Shown: piece after piece, positions 59,450 through 64,000 of the stretch
Position numbering within the stretch: the first letter of the stretch is position 1
Layout: each line of letters starts with the position of its first letter
Notes under the pieces: generated by a model
Seen by the model: the letters and a program-made list of their open reading frames with translations, nothing else
Databases searched by the model: none
Told to the model about the DNA's origin: nothing
NCBI GenBank assembly: GCA_963708075.1
Contig: OY970194.1
Location: forward strand, 4,704,001 to 4,768,000
Direction: 5' to 3'
Source: Sedimentisphaerales bacterium
GTDB lineage: Bacteria > Planctomycetota > Phycisphaerae > Sedimentisphaerales > Anaerobacaceae
DNA: 64,000 nucleotides
Program-made: the position numbers and the translations under genes

Positions 59450-61786
59450 TCAACGAGAAGAGCCACCAGTAGCGGAGGTGTTCTCCCAGAACTCGACGGG
59501 CTGGTAGGGGCCGCTCCAGTTGGCGCCGACGAGGTCCAGGTCGCCGTCGGAGCCAATGTCACCGGCACGGATGGAGTGCGAGCCTTTCGTGGCGAGGACC
59601 TGCTTTTGCCAATGGGCCCCCGCCTGTCGGTTGATGAAGATAACAACCTCATCGGGGTCCTGACCCTGGTGCATCTCGGATATTGCCACATCCACGGCCC
59701 CATCGCCGTTGAAATCCCCCGTCGCCAAGCCATGAATGACGCACTCAATCGGATCGGCGATGACATGCTCGGTCCAATCTCTCTGCTGGGGGGCAGCCGG
59801 GGCTTCAAACCAGGAAAGCCGATACGAGTTGCCCGCTAATTCAGACGGGGACAAGACCGCATCCGGCCGGCCATCGCCATTGATGTCCGCCACCTGCACA
59901 GTCGCGCTCGGGTGCCAGTCGCAGAACTTGTGCGGCTGCCACGCGCTGTCCAGGATGCTCCCGGGGTTCTCAAACCAGAGGCCCCCAATGACCACGTCCT
60001 GATCACCGTCGCGGTCGATATCGCCCAGAGCCAGTCCCTCGCCGTGTGGGCACTCGATGATCCTGTGCGCCCACGTGTCGCCCTTATCCTGGCGCCATAA
60101 GTACACCTTGTCGCCCGCCTTCGCGCCGAAATCCGACTGGTCGCGCGTGACGATGTCCGGGTCGCCATCCTTATCCAGGTCGGCCAGTTCCAGATCATGC
60201 GTGCCGTGGTCGGCCACACGATGCGCCTTCCAAGGTCCTTTGGCGGGGTCCGTTTGCGGACGCGGATTTTCGTACCAGATCAGGCCGCCCATGACAATGT
60301 CGAGATCGCCGTCGCCGGCCATGTCGCCGGCCTCGCCGTCCACAGTCTTGTAGCCGCCCTCCGCAATGACGGCTTTCGTCCAGTTCGGATAGCGGTACCA
60401 AACCAGCGGCCCCGCCTGGCCTCCAATGACAATATCCAGGAATCCGTCGCCGTCGATGTCTGCAACGATCTTTGCCCAAGGGTCCTTCACGCTGTCATCG
60501 ATCATCGCATGTCTGAATGGCACGTTGCCGGCGTACTGGATCAGGACCATGATCCCGGGCCAGTTCACTTCCATCCCGTGCACCATCTGCCCGTCGATCA
60601 ACGGCGTTTTGCCCGTCGTCAAGGTGTTCACGCCGGGCTTGAATGCGGCCATCTGATGAATGGGCATGCGGTGAAAGTAGTACTGGTACTTGGGCCCCTC
60701 GGAGTCAAACGCATTCGTGCCGTTGATCGATATCCCGCGCATGTAGCCGGGACTCCAGCTCGACCAGACGAGCTGCGCGGCGACCGCCCTGCTCAGATCG
60801 CCGGCCACATTGAAATGCTCCTCATGCTCGCCACTTCGCGTGACCCACTTCCTGGGAATGTCGTAGGGTTTGCACAACTCGACCGAGAGGCCCGCACGAT
60901 GCAAAGTCAGGTCCGTTACGGCCGGTGTGACGCAGGTCATCCCCGTGCTGTCGGTGATGCGAGCAGCAATCGCCATCGGCTCTCTTTGATCGGGTACCCA
61001 TGATGTGTCCCACATCACGCGATAGGGAGACTCGGTAGCCGTGCCGATGTGATTCATGATCCTGCCGTGGAAGAAGTGATAATGCCACTGCGTGTACAGT
61101 CCATCGCCCTCGTAGTTGACGTCCTCGTACCGGCCGATGCAGTCCACTTGCCTGATAGCTCCGGCAGGACTGGATGCCTCGACCTCCAGCCGGACGCTCC
61201 GTCCGAGCTTTGCCCCGGGCGAGAGTGATGTGATCTTGCCCGCAGGGTGCGGCTTCTTCGCAGGATCGTAGTAGATGCGGAAATGCACGCCGTAGATGAG
61301 GTTCTGCGGCCATTTCCACGGGTGCTCCGGGTCCACGCGGAGCCGGAACTGGTTGCCCTTGCCGCTCTTCAGATAGGTGAGCGGAACCGGCACGATGGGA
61401 TAGATGTGGTGCTGGTACTCCCATTGTGGCGACGGGATCGCCTCGGCCTCAGGGATCTTGATCCAGGGATTTCCATTGATCTCAATCGCCAAGCCCTTCG
61501 TGGAGTCGTGGCAGAGGATCTTCTCGACGACTACTTCCGCGGCCGTAGCATGCTCCAAGTCGAAATCGTGGCCGAGAATCACGGGGCTGTTGATGTAATC
61601 CTGCGCCCAGCCTCTATCCGAGTCCTTCTGGCCGTGCTTGCCTCCGACGCGAATCGACCCGCCCGCGTCGCCCTTTTCGTTCCACCACATGTACTCGCGA
61701 AATACATCCCCCGGGACCGGCTCAGCGAAGCTCACTCCCGCAAGATGGATCAGGATTGACACCACCGCCGCAGCCGTCTTTCTCAT
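59450..61786 (-). CDS. Secreted FG-GAP/VCBS repeat protein
   Basis: ATG 61786 overlaps the upstream TGA; signal peptide; repeated D(I/L)DGDG.LD motifs. Confidence 0.82.
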   Translation of the reverse strand: MRKTAAAVVSILIHLAGVSFAEPVPGDVFREYMWWNEKGDAGGSIRVGGKHGQKDSDRGWAQDYINSPVILGHDFDLEHATAAEVVVEKILCHDSTKGLAIEINGNPWIKIPEAEAIPSPQWEYQHHIYPIVPVPLTYLKSGKGNQFRLRVDPEHPWKWPQNLIYGVHFRIYYDPAKKPHPAGKITSLSPGAKLGRSVRLEVEASSPAGAIRQVDCIGRYEDVNYEGDGLYTQWHYHFFHGRIMNHIGTATESPYRVMWDTSWVPDQREPMAIAARITDSTGMTCVTPAVTDLTLHRAGLSVELCKPYDIPRKWVTRSGEHEEHFNVAGDLSRAVAAQLVWSSWSPGYMRGISINGTNAFDSEGPKYQYYFHRMPIHQMAAFKPGVNTLTTGKTPLIDGQMVHGMEVNWPGIMVLIQYAGNVPFRHAMIDDSVKDPWAKIVADIDGDGFLDIVIGGQAGPLVWYRYPNWTKAVIAEGGYKTVDGEAGDMAGDGDLDIVMGGLIWYENPRPQTDPAKGPWKAHRVADHGTHDLELADLDKDGDPDIVTRDQSDFGAKAGDKVYLWRQDKGDTWAHRIIECPHGEGLALGDIDRDGDQDVVIGGLWFENPGSILDSAWQPHKFCDWHPSATVQVADINGDGRPDAVLSPSELAGNSYRLSWFEAPAAPQQRDWTEHVIADPIECVIHGLATGDFNGDGAVDVAISEMHQGQDPDEVVIFINRQAGAHWQKQVLATKGSHSIRAGDIGSDGDLDLVGANWSGPYQPVEFWENTSATGGSSR

Positions 61787-62527
61787 GGGTGTCTGCCGCC
61801 TCCTTTTTCCACGATGCGCCGGATCGTCGCCAGGTCCACCTGCACATTCGGCGGGTCGCCAAGCTCCGAAACCACCAGATCGGCCTCCGTGAAATCCTCG
61901 TCCTCCGTGTACACGTTCGTCGTCACGATGCAATACACACCCGCGCCCTTGGCCGCAAGCAACCCATTGCGGTTGTCCTCCACGACGACGCATTCGGCGG
62001 GTTCTCAGTTGCAGCCGGTCCAGGACAAGAGTGTATATCTCCGGATCGGGCTTTTTCTTTGAGACGACATCGCCCGCGAGAATCACGTCGAACTCCGCCT
62101 TGCGTTGTGGGCCGAGCAGTTTTTCAACGACGGCGTTCACCGACCGCTCGTTGGAGGTCGAGCAGACGGCGAGTCTGACGCCCGCGGCGATGGCCTCGTC
62201 CACGAGCCGGGCGACTCCGGGACGCAGGGGCAACTGGCCCGACTCGATAATCTGCATGTAAAAGACGGTCTTACGTTCGTGAAGCTCTTTGATCAGAGCG
62301 TCCCTGTCGCCGGTCACGCATGGCCAGGAAGTCCGCTCGAAGAAGTGCCTCATCCGCTCCTTGCCGCCGCCGATCTTGAGAAGCTCCTTGTACAGGGCCA
62401 CGTCCCACTCGAAGCCGTAGCCCTTCTCCGCAAATGCCTGATTGAACGCAATACGATGCCCGTCGCGCTCCGTCTCCGCGAGCACCCCGTCACAATCGAA
62501 AATCAGCGCCTTCAACCTGTCGGCCAT
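61783..62527 (-). CDS. HAD-IA hydrolase, CbbY-like (apparent frameshift at ~62003)
   Basis: FDCDGVLAETERDGHR.AFN, GGGKER, KKPDP, then VEDNRNGLLAA in ORF 61783-61983. Confidence 0.88.
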
Positions 62528-62555
62528 ACAGTACGACTCTCAGGGCGTACAGGAT

Positions 62556-62846
62556 CTATCGATCCTTCCAGTAGTCAGGATGACGAGCCAAATGCATAAT
62601 GGCGACGACGATGATGTGGTCATCGAGAAGCCTGAATAGAACGCCAAACGGGAATACTTTGGTCAGACAGCGCCTGACGTCAAGATCTACAACAGGATAG
62701 AGACGAGGGTTAATAGTGATGCTGTTGATGGCGTCCTGAACGGAGGCAAGGAATCTCTTGCCGAGATTCTCCTGTTGACTCTCATAGTACGCCGCCGCCG
62801 CAACCATCTCCGCCTCGGCCAGGGGATGAAATCTGACCTTTGTCAT
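62556..62846 (-). CDS. RelE/ParE-family toxin
   Basis: FHPLAEAE...A..YY, LG.RF, RRC...FPF, VAIMH..R.P.YW. Confidence 0.88.
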   Translation of the reverse strand: MTKVRFHPLAEAEMVAAAAYYESQQENLGKRFLASVQDAINSITINPRLYPVVDLDVRRCLTKVFPFGVLFRLLDDHIIVVAIMHLARHPDYWKDR

Positions 62847-63073
62847 GTCAGTTTCGAATAAGCTCTGGCGAAGACCTCATCCGCTTCCGCCAAATGAACC
62901 GTCCCTTCATCAATTTCCCGGCACCTTCTGCGAATCTCCTCTTTCCACTCCGGCGACAATTCACGAGCACCATTGACGTCAAGGCTCTCCAGGAGCTTGG
63001 CGGCAATAAACGCCCTCAAAGGAGAAGGAAGGTCCAGTGCTTCGGCAATGATCTTGTCGATTCTCGTAGTCAT
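62843..63073 (-). CDS. Addiction-module antitoxin (TIGR02574-like)
   Basis: AL.LP...RA..A..LLESL...W..EI.RR; ATGA overlap with the toxin gene. Confidence 0.85.
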   Translation of the reverse strand: MTTRIDKIIAEALDLPSPLRAFIAAKLLESLDVNGARELSPEWKEEIRRRCREIDEGTVHLAEADEVFARAYSKLT

Positions 63074-63148
63074 AGTTGTAGTATAGCGGAACGAGCATGT
63101 AAGGTCAACTCTCCGCTCCATGGCATGGGCACTTCGTTCCGTCGGCTT

Positions 63149-63988
63149 TCACGCTTTCCCTGCGCCGCCGAATAGTTGGATGTTGGCGGCGATGCCCTTC
63201 TTCATCTCATCGAACTGGGCTTTGATGACTTTGAGGGGATCGTACTGGGTGTTGTGCGCGTTGTGGTAAGCGATGAAGCCGTCGATGAAGGCGTACTTGA
63301 TCTGGGTGGAGATGTTGACCTTCGCGCAGCCCAAGGCGATGCACCTTCTGAAGACCTCATCGGACAAGCCCGTGCCACCGTGCAGGGCGATGGGCACGCG
63401 CGTGCTCACAGCCACCTTCTCAAGGATATGGTAGGCGATCTTCGGCTCGCCCTTGTAGATGCCGTGCGCGGTGCCGATGGCGGGGGCGAAGCAGTCCGGC
63501 CGGACCTTCGCACAAAACTCGGTCGCCTGCGCGGGATCGGCCAGGTGCGAATCCTGCTCCTTGACGTGGATATCGTCCTCGACGCCGACGATCGCGCCGA
63601 GTTCCGCCTCGACGGTGACATCCCTCGGCCGAGCCATCTCCACGACCTGTCGGCTCAGAGAAAGGTTCTCCTCGAATGGCCTGGCCGAGGCGTCGATCAT
63701 GACGGAGGTCCAGCCGGCCTCGATGCACTCTTTGATGAGGGCCAGGTCCTTGCAGTGGTCCAGATGCACGGCAACCGGCACACTTGTGCTCCCGGCCAAC
63801 TCTCGCATCCAGCCCATCAACGTCCGGCTGCCCCAGAATGTGACCGTCTTGGCCGACGTCTGAATGATAACCGGGGCCTGCAGCTCTTCTGCGGCCTGCA
63901 CCACTGCCCTGGCGGAGTTGTAGTCGAGGACGTTGAACGCTCCCACGGCGTACTTTCCCGCCGCGGCCTTCGACAGAATCGCTTTCAT
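63149..63988 (-). CDS. fba: Class II fructose/tagatose-bisphosphate aldolase (start may lie just beyond the window edge)
   Basis: YAVGAFN, VHLDH, SVMIDAS, VEAELG, AIGTAHG, LHGGTG, KVNI.T. Confidence 0.93.
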   Translation of the reverse strand: MKAILSKAAAGKYAVGAFNVLDYNSARAVVQAAEELQAPVIIQTSAKTVTFWGSRTLMGWMRELAGSTSVPVAVHLDHCKDLALIKECIEAGWTSVMIDASARPFEENLSLSRQVVEMARPRDVTVEAELGAIVGVEDDIHVKEQDSHLADPAQATEFCAKVRPDCFAPAIGTAHGIYKGEPKIAYHILEKVAVSTRVPIALHGGTGLSDEVFRRCIALGCAKVNISTQIKYAFIDGFIAYHNAHNTQYDPLKVIKAQFDEMKKGIAANIQLFGGAGKA

Positions 63989-64000
63989 ATTTTCAAGCGG

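Noticed and set aside
59450..62527. 1025-aa HAD/FG-GAP fusion in the ORF track
   Set aside because: The HAD C-terminus continues in another frame (61783-61983) and ends with an ATGA overlap at the signal-peptide start of the FG-GAP gene; the fusion results from a frameshift.

Overview
GC-rich bacterial chromosome segment. Gene content and repeat families suggest Planctomycetota, probably Phycisphaerae/Sedimentisphaerales-like (inference). From left to right: dxr (partial), ispA, miaA; a REP-like element carrying a nested MITE and an IS4-family element; an ATP-cone gene and nrdR with tandem NrdR boxes; a secreted hypothetical protein; a mosaic leucine operon (Leu-rich leader peptide, leuA, nucleotide-cyclase-like insert, leuC, four-helix-bundle gene between inverted 7-mer arms, leuD, sulfatase, leuB); a minus-strand block with two ECF sigma/anti-sigma pairs and cargo genes; an HtrA/DegP protease; an ISAs1 element; a ~500-bp nested palindromic element with a cas-less CRISPR-like 36-bp repeat mini-array; tmRNA; a complete Tad/Flp pilus locus; a SorC-regulated rare-sugar uptake/catabolism operon; bcp, an FG-GAP protein, a HAD hydrolase, a RelE/ParE toxin-antitoxin pair and class II fba. 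About a dozen single-base frameshifts in conserved genes are most likely sequencing/assembly errors. The most unusual signals are non-coding: nested REP/MITE/IS architecture, the repeat-spacer mini-array, inverted 7-mer arms, and regulatory motifs (Leu leader, NrdR boxes, a shared ECF promoter, SorC operators). Family assignments come from motif recognition by eye, not database searches.
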